A model generated the notes under the pieces. It did not search any database and was not told where the DNA came from. It saw only the letters and a list, made by a program, of their open reading frames with translations. From assembly GCA_002245135.1 (NCBI GenBank), contig NGBS01000899.1, positions 61,929 to 81,928 of the forward strand: a stretch of DNA of 20,000 bases, in the 5' to 3' direction. The position numbers and the translations under genes are program-made. This DNA comes from Proteromonas lacertae. Taxonomy: Eukaryota. Position 1 is the first letter of the stretch; every line of letters starts with the position of its first letter. Positions 1 through 11,303 of the stretch are shown piece after piece.

Positions 1-1277
1 TCCATTCGCTGTCTAACGTATTGGTGTGGTATATATAAATCATCTTTTGCACATAACTATTACAAATAACATATAATATAATATTCATACTAAATGAACT
101 GCTTCAGGTATTACTGGTTTGGGGAATATCTCTAAATCAGTCATGGCTAAGAATTTACTTAGTAATTCTTGCATCGGTTCATCTTTACCATACTTTATTG
201 GATATAAACAGTGTAATTTCTCTAACCATGGTAATATATTCCTTTTCTTAGCATCTTTTAATAAATCATTCCATGAAACACATGTTCTTAATATTCCCTA
301 ATAAATACATTATATATATATATATATATATATAATATTATACTCTTGTGAATACTGGTACTGCTGATGGTGGTCCTAACCATGACGAACATCCAACTGG
401 AAATGGACTTACTGCACTTACCATTGCTGAATGTAGTCCTCCCATACTATTACCAGCTAATGCTACTGGACCATATCCATTATCATTCAACCATCGGATT
501 AATGAACATGATTCTTCTATTGTAGCAAATCCGAGACATGGCAAATCACTAACATGACTTAAGCGGAAGTAACTCTGTGTTTTTGGTCTTCTATATCCAT
601 AATATGGTCCTTCTAATAACTATTTTAATAATAATAATTATTGTTATGAATATATACGATTGTAGCTACACCTCTTGCAGCTAATGGATAGGAGACGAAA
701 TCTCTTCTTCTTTCAAATCCTTCTTCTGCTGTTCCTGGTAGTATTATTGCCACTGGCTTTGGACCTGTATAATTATTATCTTCCCAACTTCTTGGTATAA
801 CGAATTGGATATAAGCTTTCTTTGATTCTTTGGGTAAATGTGATGCTATTAGTGGATTTGGTGTTTCAAATTGACCTGCTGCAATTGTTACTTCATCATC
901 ATCATAACGTTTTATCCACTCAATCTAACAATATATAATTACATTTTCATATATACATCTATTTTATTTGGCAACATAAATCTATCTCTATTTATAGCTT
1001 TTTCCTGAATTAATTCATAAAATAGCTTTGGAATTGAAACATCTCCCCTAAAAAAATGTAAAACCGAAAGTATATACCAACCATATTTAAAGAATAAAGA
1101 ATTTGGCACTCTAATATTGCAAACAGCATAATCCAATGCTTCGTGAAACTTCTTACCATATAAATAATCATCAAGCCTAAATATTATTTTGAATATCTGA
1201 TACATGTTAAAAGCTGGCGTTGCTGATTCTAATATATTCCATGAACGGATGAACTTGACCGCTTTTGTTAAATGCAT
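1..1277 (-). CDS. ABHD18: Alpha/beta-hydrolase, ABHD18 (C4orf29/DUF2048) family; 3' end runs off the window start
   Basis: Spliced with introns 1177-1203 (27 nt, in frame, tentative), 1048-1077 (30), 925-956 (32), 620-657 (38), 298-343 (46) and 57-90 (34). The product has family motifs FFKYGWGD, IILPGTAEEGFERRR, LLEGPYYGYRRPKTQ...VSDL, the nucleophile elbow GNSMGG (GxSxG) and AKDDYYIP (catalytic Asp region). Confidence 0.88.
311..334. repeat. (TA)12 microsatellite inside ABHD18 intron 298-343
   Basis: Perfect TA dinucleotide run seen directly. Shorter TA runs occur in introns at about 8540-8556 and 8693-8711. Confidence 0.9.
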
Positions 1278-1777
1278 GTTTTATGTTGACCAGGAGTATA
1301 ATTTGGATATATAATGTTACTCAAGAATGGTTTAGATGATAATCAGTACAAATTTAGTGAAGATTGAAGAAGTTTAAAAAGGATTTAAAAATTTCAAAAA
1401 GTTTGTCAGTTTGTGTTTTTTATTTTGTAAGTTCGTTTTATAACTACGTCATCTACTTAGGATGTGTGAATAGACGAGTAAAATGAGCATAATTCTACAT
1501 GACTAATACATATACTAATTTTTATGGTATTATGCACACTTAGAAATTACACATATTTCATTTCATTTTGAATTTAAGTAAATAATTATTTCAGTTATTA
1601 GATGATACATTTTATATTACATGATTTGATAGTTATTAATTCAATATAAACATCTTAATTTATTTCAAGAAAAGGTTTTGTGTTTGAATAAAATAAAGGA
1701 ATAATAATATTCAATACAATGGCTTTGTATTATAGTAAATTGAAAAATCAAAAAAAAGTGAAAGATTTATTAATTAA

Positions 1778-4661
1778 TCAAGATTGGTAGGGGGCTAGAC
1801 CTTGAATCGATTCCATTGATTCAGTACCATCATCAAAAGTCACAAGAACATGTTTATCTTGAATTTGAGCAACTATACCCTTTTTACCACTGTTATAACC
1901 ACTAATTGCTATTACATTTGTAGTATTACCATCAATTGGTTCAGGATTGACATTAGAAATCAACAACTCAACATTTGAATTACCAATATTTACATTAACA
2001 TGAGGATGATTCACAGAAGTAATATATCCTCTTTGTTTATCTTTCGTAATGACTTTAACACCAACAACTGCCCAACTTTGAACAGTCAAATCATCATCAT
2101 CATCATCATCATCGTCATCATCATCATTATCATCATATGATTTGATATTATTACGGTTATTACTACTTGTTGTAGCAGTAGTATCAGTATATCGATCATC
2201 CTCATCCTCATCATTATAATTATAATCAGATGATTGGTTATAAGGTGTTTCAGTTACACTCCAAGCATTAGAAGCATGTAAATCATTACCAGTATAAGCA
2301 GGTGTCATAGATTCATAAGCAGGAGTCTTATAACCTGATAATGATGGTGTTTTAGCAGTATACATTGGTGTTTGAATAGATGACATACTTGTAATATTAT
2401 CACTTCCCATCATTCCACTGATATGATTATTGTCTCTCTGTCTAGCGACTGTAATGATATTGGATCTTGGTACAACCATTAGTTTACCATTACAATGTAA
2501 TTCTATTCTTAATGTATCGGCTGTTACTTGTTTTACATAACCTAATTTGCCTTTATCTATTCCTGATTTGATTTTTACACTTTGACCTACTAATTCATCA
2601 TTTGCACTATATTTATATAATAATTATGATATTTATACTATCTTCTACTAAACATACCCAACGTACTGGTTGTTATTTCATTATTCTCACTACTAGTAAG
2701 GTTTTCACCTTCTTTCTTTACATTTCTATGGTTTGTTACAATTATTCCATTATTCTCGCTTATTTGATTACAGGCTAAGAATAAATATGCTTTATAAATA
2801 TGTTTAATTGTTCCAACACAATGAATATACTTTGAATCTAATAAACTTACTTTATCACCAACTTCTATTGATGAATGTTTACTATCAATTGATTTGGCTT
2901 GAAATGATCTTCCATTCAATTTAGAACGAATAGCTGTGAATTTGTATATTTTCTTTTCATTATCTTGACTGATAATTTCACATGAATCTGGCAATATTCT
3001 TACAATTATACCAGCTTTACCATCATTTATCTATACATATAATAATAATAATAATATATAATATATATAAATATATAATACTCCAACTAAATCATAAACG
3101 CTATAACCATTCGAACTAACTTGTCCAAAATTCACTTCTTCAGATATTTCAGCATCTAATGAACTTACTTTCATATCTCTATCATAACTATCTGAATGTA
3201 TTATTATTGTATCTTGACCATCTTTTGTTTCTACAAATATCACAGTACCTGTTTCACCACTATAATTACCTCTAATTACTTTAACATGATTACCTATTAC
3301 GAAGAACTTACATATTTCATTGAATAACAAACGAACTGAATCACTATTGGATTCTGTATTGATTAATGTTACGATTGCTTCTTTCTTATAATAATCTGTT
3401 GATTTTATCACTCCTAAGGATCCTGTTAATTCACCATTGATTACTCTTACTCTATCACCTATTCTATAACTACTAGATTCAAATTGCTATATATATAAAT
3501 AAAAAAACATTATTATATACATTATTATTGGTTGTTACTACTTGAGTTTGTAATTGATTTTCTTCATCACTATCTTCAGATAAACCATCATCATCATTAT
3601 TATTTGAATTTTGAAACGCCTCTATTTCAGAAACAGTTGGTGTAGTTCTACTCAATGTTTTCAATGACATTTCTTTATATAAGAAACCATTATGAAAATA
3701 TTTATTTCCAAAATAATCCAAGTTACGATTCAATTGTGGATGTTTCCTAGTAGAAGCTTGATACCTTTTCGCATCAAATTTCATCTGTGGAAGTCTATAA
3801 GCACCTTTAGGTTGTGGTCTACCTTCTAAAATTGCATCAAAATCAATTCTTGGAACTATTTTTATATACACTTTACCATCATCAATTAGATCAACTATTT
3901 GTCCAATATCTCCTTTGTATTCTCCAACGTTAATTCGTACAAATGATCCTTTTGGATAGGGAATTGTACGATTTTGAATAATTAATAATTCAGGTGTATC
4001 TTGAACTGATACTAAATTCAATCCATTTTTCATATACAAATAAACATCTCTTAAGTTTGTTAAGGCTGATGTGACGTGTGTTACATTCTCTGCTTCTACA
4101 TAAATATATCCTCTTGTTGCTGAACAGAATGCAGAATGAATATATAATCTGTTTTTGGTATTGTATAATTGCATGAATTTGTTTTGTAAACGCAATACTA
4201 TTTCTCTTTCTGCACCTTCTTTGACTTTTACTGCCCAACATTTACAATCTTCTACACCTGCATATGGATTAATTTCTGATGCTGTAGATCCTATTTCAAG
4301 ATCATCTTTTGCATGAGTATAATTCTCTTCTTCTTCCTCAAAATGCTGTGCTAACTTTTTCATATAATCATCATTACTAAATAAGAGTTGTTGCTGTTCT
4401 TGTCTCTTCCTAACTCTTTCCTAAACGCATTATATTTAAAAAATATACATCTGCTTCACGTCTGGATTCATTAAATGCTCTACTTTGATGCTCTTCTCTT
4501 TCAATTTCAGCTCTATCTTCTTCCATACCTCCATCATCCACATCTTCCTCAATAAATAGTCTACCTTTCTTAGATTTTTTGTTACTTGTACTCTTCTTCC
4601 TCTTTTGTGGTTTTTCTTCTTCATCTGATGGATCATCTGAAAAAATATCACTGTCAGACAT
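1778..4661 (-). CDS. SPT5: Transcription elongation factor SPT5 (DSIF large subunit)
   Basis: Introns 4421-4448 (28 nt), 3487-3520 (34), 3031-3081 (51) and 2607-2638 (32) join the ORFs into one frame. Features: acidic N-terminus; NGN domain (CWAVKVKEGAERE...RGYIYVEA); KOW motifs (GSFVRINVGEYKGDIGQI, GDRVRVINGELTGSLG, GNHVKVIRGNYSGETG, GQSVKIKSGIDKGKLG); TP-containing C-terminal repeats (QTPMY, KTPSL, KTPAY, MTPAY); terminal KOW pair; TGA stop at 1778-1780. Confidence 0.96.
2091..2135. repeat. Imperfect (TCA)n trinucleotide tract encoding poly-Asp in SPT5
   Basis: TCATCATCA... seen directly; it reads DDNDDDDDDDDDDDD on the minus strand. Confidence 0.85.
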
Positions 4662-4723
4662 ATTAAAATGAGTTTATTTCAAAAAGAAAATGTTGAGTGG
4701 CAAGCCAAGCTTTAATTATTTTG
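4662..4723. promoter_or_regulatory. 62-bp divergent intergenic region (putative bidirectional promoter) between SPT5 and the TANGO6-like gene
   Basis: SPT5 ATG is at 4661 (minus) and the first ATG of the plus-strand ORF is at 4724. Promoter function is inferred from geometry only. Confidence 0.55.
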
Positions 4724-7633
4724 ATGAATCTCTCTATTTGTAAAGAACTTAATGAAATAATATTGAAATTAAACAAGTGTACTATCAATAAAGAACTGGT
4801 TAAAGATAGTTTGAAACAAATTAAAGAAATCGTATCATCAATATCAGTTACTTTACCACCCAATGACAGTATTTTAGATAAAAAGAGCGACGAGAATCAA
4901 CTTATTACAGTTGAAAACACTCAAATTATATTTACATCAGAAATTGTTTTATTGTTACTTGGTGTTATTCCTTACTTCCCTGTTCAAATCCAACACATTT
5001 ATAATATTTCAGATTTACAAGAATTATTACCGTTTGATATTTCACAGATTCAACAAATTATTGATAATCATTTAATCAAATTATCTGTTGATGAAACTGT
5101 TGAAAATCTAGTATTGCTAATAAAATTATTTTTGTTTAAACCATATTCATCAGTAATATTACCAAAAGTATTACCATATTTATTAATCACTCTAATTTTT
5201 ATTCATCATAATCCAATACCATTCATTTCATCAGAAAATCCAAATTATATACTTACCAAACAAATGTTACAATATTTTACAATGGAACTTACTATTCTAG
5301 ATTTATTCAACAGTTTTATATATATAATGCCAAAAATACCATCAGATCATGTATGGATGAAAAACAGTTGTAGTTACTATTTATCTAACTTATTGTATAG
5401 GAATAATGGGGTACTTACAATTTGTGAAATAATTTTAAACAATGCAAATAATAATACTGAAAAAGCAACAGACTTATTAATCAATTTAATAAGTACAGTT
5501 CCAAGTAAGATTACTCCTGAAAATTATATTAAAATAATTTATAAACAATTGATTGAATTATTCCATTCAGATATAATAATTAATAATATTCAGTTATCAT
5601 ATATTATGGCTAATATTATTGTAAAGTTAAGTATAAATCACCCTATCATATCATATCAATTAATTCTTTTACAGATTTTCTCATCCTTTTTATATTTGTC
5701 AGTTCAACCTGTTTATGGAAGTTTTACATATGAATGTATGATTTATATATTTAAATATACTATATATTAATAGATAAAGATAAAGTAAATCAACTACTCA
5801 TGAATGATAAATCAATAGAACAAATGATAAATGATACAAAAAGCCTATTAAATGTTCCTTTAGATATGTCATTTATTCACATTTTATCTCCAATAGTTTT
5901 CCCATTAATTTACCTTTTTATTTATTCACAGTCTCGTAAGTCTTATATCACAAATCATATTCGTTCAATTCTCATTTCATTTTTCTCAATATATGATAAT
6001 TTACTCTTTATATTTCCATCATTTTTCAAATATTTTTATGATATTACAGTTACTCCATTTGAGTATATTTGATGATATATATGTATATATATGAATAGAT
6101 TTATGAATAGTGAAGAAGGAGGAGTTGAATTAGTGTATAATGATTCTGGAGAAACTGACAGTACAATGGTTGATACAAACATTATAGAATCAATAGTTTC
6201 AATAATCAATTCTGTTGATAATCCTAAAAGGAGAGTTGAGTATTTCCTCAGTTTGTTAGTTGTATATATTATTAATTGTATCATTATAATAGTATTATTT
6301 TAATGAAACAATGAAAGAAGGAGGTGATGAATATGATAATGAAGATAGTTTTACATTACTTTTTTCAACAATTTTAGAAATCTTTGAACAGATTAAAACT
6401 CCTCTATTTAATGAAAAAGAACTTTGTTTTACTTCAATCACGAATATCTTGAAAGAATTAAAGAATTATGAAGCAAAAGATGATAAAGTGACAATATTTA
6501 TTACTGAATCAGATAATGTAATTCAAATAATCACTTTGTGTTTTAGTATAATATCGCTATTGTTGATGACTATAAATCCACCGTATTCAGATGAAATTCA
6601 ATCCCAGATTACTGTTTTGAAACCACTAATCAATCATTTCTCCCAAAATAAGAGTATTATTCTGTTTTATACATTATAAATAGATGAAGAAATATCATCA
6701 CAAGCAAAAGAGTTATATATTTCCTTAATTACTTTATCAACTACATCTGATAATAATGAAAACAACGATAAAAAGGGTAGTAAATCAGCGAAATCGTTAA
6801 ATAAAGAAATAGAAGAGATATTTCATGATTTAAAAAACCCATTAGTTCCAATCAGAGCTTATGGATTAGACAAATTAACAAAAATAATATCCAGAAACAC
6901 AAATGAAGTAAGAGAAATATTACCAATGTTAAATGATATAATATCAACAATGCTTTTAGACAATGATACTTATGTATATTTAGGCGCTATAAATGCATTA
7001 ACTGTAATGGGTTATTATTATATTGATGAAGTATTTAAGTTGTTACTACCACAATTTACTGATAAAACTAAACCCATTTTAATTAAATTGAAAATAGGTG
7101 AAGCAATATCAAAAATAATACAAAAGCAAGGGGAAGGAATAGTGAAATATAAGTCATTGTTATTAGATACATATATCCATTTACTCAGTGCAAATGGAAT
7201 AGGAGGTTATAAAATACAAAACTCAATAAAAGATAGTGATGAATCTTTTGAAATGATCAATTTTAGAAGTTCATGCTTATCAACTGTTGGAGATATTTGT
7301 GAATTATGTAAATGGTCAATTGATGCATATTTGAATGATATTATTGATATATGTAAAGGTATACTTGAATTTGAGAGGGATAATGATGATTTAATAAGAA
7401 TGTCATCTGTTTTTTTAATATATAAATTAGTGAATGGAATGAAAGAGTATATATCTTATTAATTTAATTCATATAGAGATATTGTTGATATATTGGATGA
7501 TAAATATGATGAATTACTTAATATTCTTGAAAATACTAGGTTTAAAGACAAAAGCAAAACAGTTAAATATCATTGTGATTCAATATTGAAAATTATTAAT
7601 GATTACTCTTGCAATATATTAAACATCAATTAA
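4724..7633 (+). CDS. TANGO6: TANGO6/TMCO7/Rtp1-like HEAT/ARM-repeat protein (RNA polymerase II assembly/import factor family)
   Basis: Introns 5736-5773 (38 nt), 6063-6098 (36), 6262-6292 (31), 6654-6683 (30) and 7447-7476 (30) give a continuous frame to TAA 7631-7633. RTP1_C1-type motifs DLKNPLVPIRAYGLDKL, LLDNDTYVYLGAINAL, KLKIGEAI and FRSSCLSTVGDIC are present. Confidence 0.82.
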
Positions 7634-7732
7634 TTTTTTAATTTCATTGTGTCTCGTTGTTATTTGAGAGGGAGCAACTTTATGAATAAAAAAAACTATT
7701 CGTTATGTAATTGTGTTTCTTTTAATTCAAAA

Positions 7733-9336
7733 ATGAATTACAAATTAAAGAAGAATTTAGTGATAGTTTTCATAACAGTTTTGATAGACATGCTATCTTT
7801 TGGATTGATTTTACCTCTATTACCATTCTATGCAGGTGATAGTAGTGTTTTTGTTTATTCATTATTGTGTGTTAGTTTTTTTGCAGCTCAATTGATTTGT
7901 ATGCATTTAAAATAATGAATAATATAGGCATGATTCCTATGGGATGGTTAGGAGATAAATTTGGTAGAAAGAAGATGTTGTTGATTAGTTTGTTTGGATC
8001 AGGCAAGTGGTATATACATATATTAACATATTAGGATCAATATTACAGTTCTTAGCTCCTAAGTTAGGATATTTAATACTGTTTAGATTTATTGCTGGTT
8101 TGTTTGGTACTTCCATGGTAGCATGTCAAGCATATATATCTGATAGTGTTAAAGATGATGAAAAATCAAAGTATCTTAGTAGAATTGTTGGATTTTCATC
8201 AGCTGCTGTGTTTATTGGTCCATTAATAGGAAGTCAATTATACCTTATAAGACCATGGATGCCATTTTTATTAGGTGGAATTCTATTTGCAATTCAATTT
8301 TTTGTTGTTTTATTCTTTTTAGATGATAGTCCAAAATTTGATTTAACAAATAATAGTATATTTATTTAAAGATTAACATTTAATAGGAAGTAGTTTAGAT
8401 TTATTGTTACCTAAAATAAAATCAAACACATTATTATCAAGAATTAGTAGTGGAAGGATTAATTTTTCATTATCAAATGAAATACATAAGAATGGTGAAG
8501 AGGATGAAAAATCAACAAAATTACGACTAATTTCATTGGTATATATATATATATATTTAATTAATATTATTAAATGAATAGTATTTGATAATATTGGCTT
8601 CACTATGTGATATGATTGGAATGACTTCAATGGGAAGTTATTCAGGTAAAAGATTAAGAGATGATTATACTAATGATGTTACTATTGTTTCGTATATATA
8701 TATATATATATAATCTTAATTATAGTTGTATTACTTCAGTCAATATGATTATACTTACTACTTTTCAATTAGTAGTATTTCCATATCTATCAAAGATAAT
8801 ATATATTCCTCATATGATGAATATTGGATATTGCATTGAAAGTATTTTATTTATAAATATATTTATGTACAAATTATTTGAATGAATAGTGATTGGATGG
8901 GTTTTGATTAACTTTAAACCATTTCCTATTATGTTATGTGGATTAATATTCCATATATTAGGCTATGGAATGACTGCTGCAGGACCATCTGTTATTGCCT
9001 CTGTATAATAATATATCCAATTATTTGTTTATTCAATTAGAGAATTGTTTCACCAGAAAATCAAGGTAAAATATTAGGAAGTTTGAACACATGTTTGAGT
9101 ATCGGACATATTACTGGTCCAGTAGCATTTGGAGGACTATATATGATTGAACATAGATTACCGTTTGTTGTTGGAGCTTGTTTTACTCTAATGAGTATAA
9201 TTACTATAAATGTGTTTTATTGCACCAGTAAATCTAACAAAACATTAAATCAGTATAATATAGTTATATTTTTATATATTATAGAATGAAAATGGAATGC
9301 TATGGAAATAATAAAGAAAATGAGGTGAATAAGTGA
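7733..9336 (+). CDS. Major facilitator superfamily transporter, DHA1/TetA-like drug:H+ antiporter type
   Basis: TM1 VFITVLIDMLSFGLILPLLPFY; motif A GWLGDKFGRKK; FRFIAGLF; AYISD; motif C-like FIGPLIG; C-half PENQGKILG...GPVAFGGLY. Introns 7899-7927, 8003-8034 (GC donor, or a 1-nt indel before GT 8010), 8356-8386, 8539-8581, 8692-8725, 8842-8889, 9003-9040 and 9253-9284; TGA at 9334-9336. Confidence 0.88.
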
Positions 9337-9435
9337 TTTAGATAAAACAGATATTTATGTTAACAATAAGTTTGTTGAAAAGATTGTTATATTTATTGTT
9401 TTTATCACAGTTAGATAGAATTAAATATAAATTAG

Positions 9436-10763
9436 TTATTCAACCATAGCTTTTAGCAAAACATAATTATCACTACTTATATCATTCTTTATTGAATCTA
9501 ATTCCACATCTTCTCCACATTTACATTTAAATTTCCCACTTGCAATAATTTCAACTTGAAGAGTTTCAACTAAGCAATTTTCACAATAACAATGGCCACA
9601 CTATACAATAGTAACAATAATAATAGAAATATACTTTTAATTTACATGAATTAATGTTTTCTACTGTTTTCCACTGAGTTAGATTCTGTTGACAAATATA
9701 ACAAAAAGACGAATAATCACTTTTATTATTTTCATCTTTCTTATCAGTTGAGGGGAAAATATGCTGACTTCTTTTTGATTTTAGTTTATTATATAATTCT
9801 TTACTACATTTTGGTTTTAACATTTCAATATCATATTTTCTATCACACTTACTACACGTGTATTCATTATTCCTAAATTCATCTTCCAAACAACCAACAC
9901 ATACACAATGATTGCACTAGTTTAAAAATAAAAAATAATATATATACTTTAAGATGTATAACTGCTATAATATCATCGTTTGTTTCACATATCGAACACT
10001 TTAAATCTTCAAATGATTCATTTTTTACACTGCTGGAACTAAAATTACAATTATGCTTTTCTTTCTTTTTTCCTGACTCTTTATCACTATCACTGTCACT
10101 ACTACTACTGTCACTACTACTACTTGAACTACTACTACTACTATCGCTATCACTACTTGAACTTCTACCATGCTTCTTTTTCTTAATTCTTTTAATTTTT
10201 CTGGTTGAATTATAATTACAAGGTGGAGGTGGAGGCTGAAAAACATTTGGAGGATAAACAGCAGTTGGTGGATAGGCATATTGTTGAAGTGGTGGTAGCG
10301 GAGGTGGTGGAACCGCTTGAGTTGACATGTAATGAGTTGGAGGTTGTGTATATCCAGCTGCAACATTAGTTTGAGTTGGAGGATAAACAGAAACAGGCTG
10401 TGTATATGCAGTGTTATTATATGTAACTATAGAATTAGGTTGATTATAACATTGAGTATTCTGAGTGGGAGGATAAGTAGATGTGGGGGTACTTGAATAT
10501 TGCTGTTGCGACACTGGTTGGATTGAGGTGTATGGAGCAGCTGGTTGTGTATTTATTGCACTGTTATTTATTGGCGGTGTGTAATATGTTGAATTGTTAT
10601 ATAGGGTTGATGCATTATAAACAGATGGATAGTTGTTCGTTTGTGGAGGATTATTGTAATTAGTGGTTTGCTGAGGTTGTAAATTTGTTTGGTAATTATT
10701 ATTCATATATAAATTTGGTGTTTGAGTATTTGGTGTGTAGTTAGGATAATTGCTCTGATTCAT
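9436..10763 (-). CDS. Pro/Gln/Asn/Tyr-rich protein with Ser-rich tract and two C3HC4 RING-like fingers (putative E3 ubiquitin ligase)
   Basis: Introns 9917-9947 (31 nt) and 9601-9634 (34). RING1 is CSIC...LK|CNHCVCVGC...CSKC and RING2 is CYIC...LK|CGHCYCENC...CKC; TAA at 9436-9438. Confidence 0.8.
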
Positions 10764-11303
10764 TACAGAGAAAAATGAAAAAAATATAGTCGTTTCAAAT
10801 TGTTTTTACATTAGTTTTATGTAAAAAGCACATCAGTACATACACAAAATTATAATTACAAGTAATTTCATATGTAATCAGTGTTACACTCTGCATCTTG
10901 TTTATTCTTTCATTCTATAAATTAGTTGATTTTTATATATTTATGATATATATCCACTGCTTGTATTAGATCACTATTTTTATTTATTCTGTTACTTTTT
11001 AAAGATAATAATATGTTTAATTAATCTAATTTAGTATTAGTTAATATATCAATGCAAAAACACAATAATCACAATAAATTGCTAATATTTTCTCAAATTA
11101 TCCATTTAATTATCTTCTAGATTAAATCTATCATATTTTTTAAAGCTTTACATCAAATTCTAGTTTATAATTTCAAAAATGCTATGATATATACTATTTT
11201 CTTTTTGAAAAGAGTTATAATCTACATCTATGTTGAAATATTGTTGAATTCCATAAGTGAGCTAAAACTCATTCATTTAAACACATCTCCACTCATATAT
11301 ATT

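Noticed and set aside
1278..1777. Possible ncRNA or hairpin in the 500-bp ABHD18-SPT5 spacer (weak inverted repeat near 1447-1476)
   Set aside because: The stem is short and imperfect, and no tRNA, snoRNA box pair or snRNA signature could be supported.
7733..9336. Horizontally acquired bacterial tetA resistance gene
   Set aside because: It has eight host-type introns, and DHA1-like MFS proteins are widespread in eukaryotes. Substrate and origin cannot be inferred.
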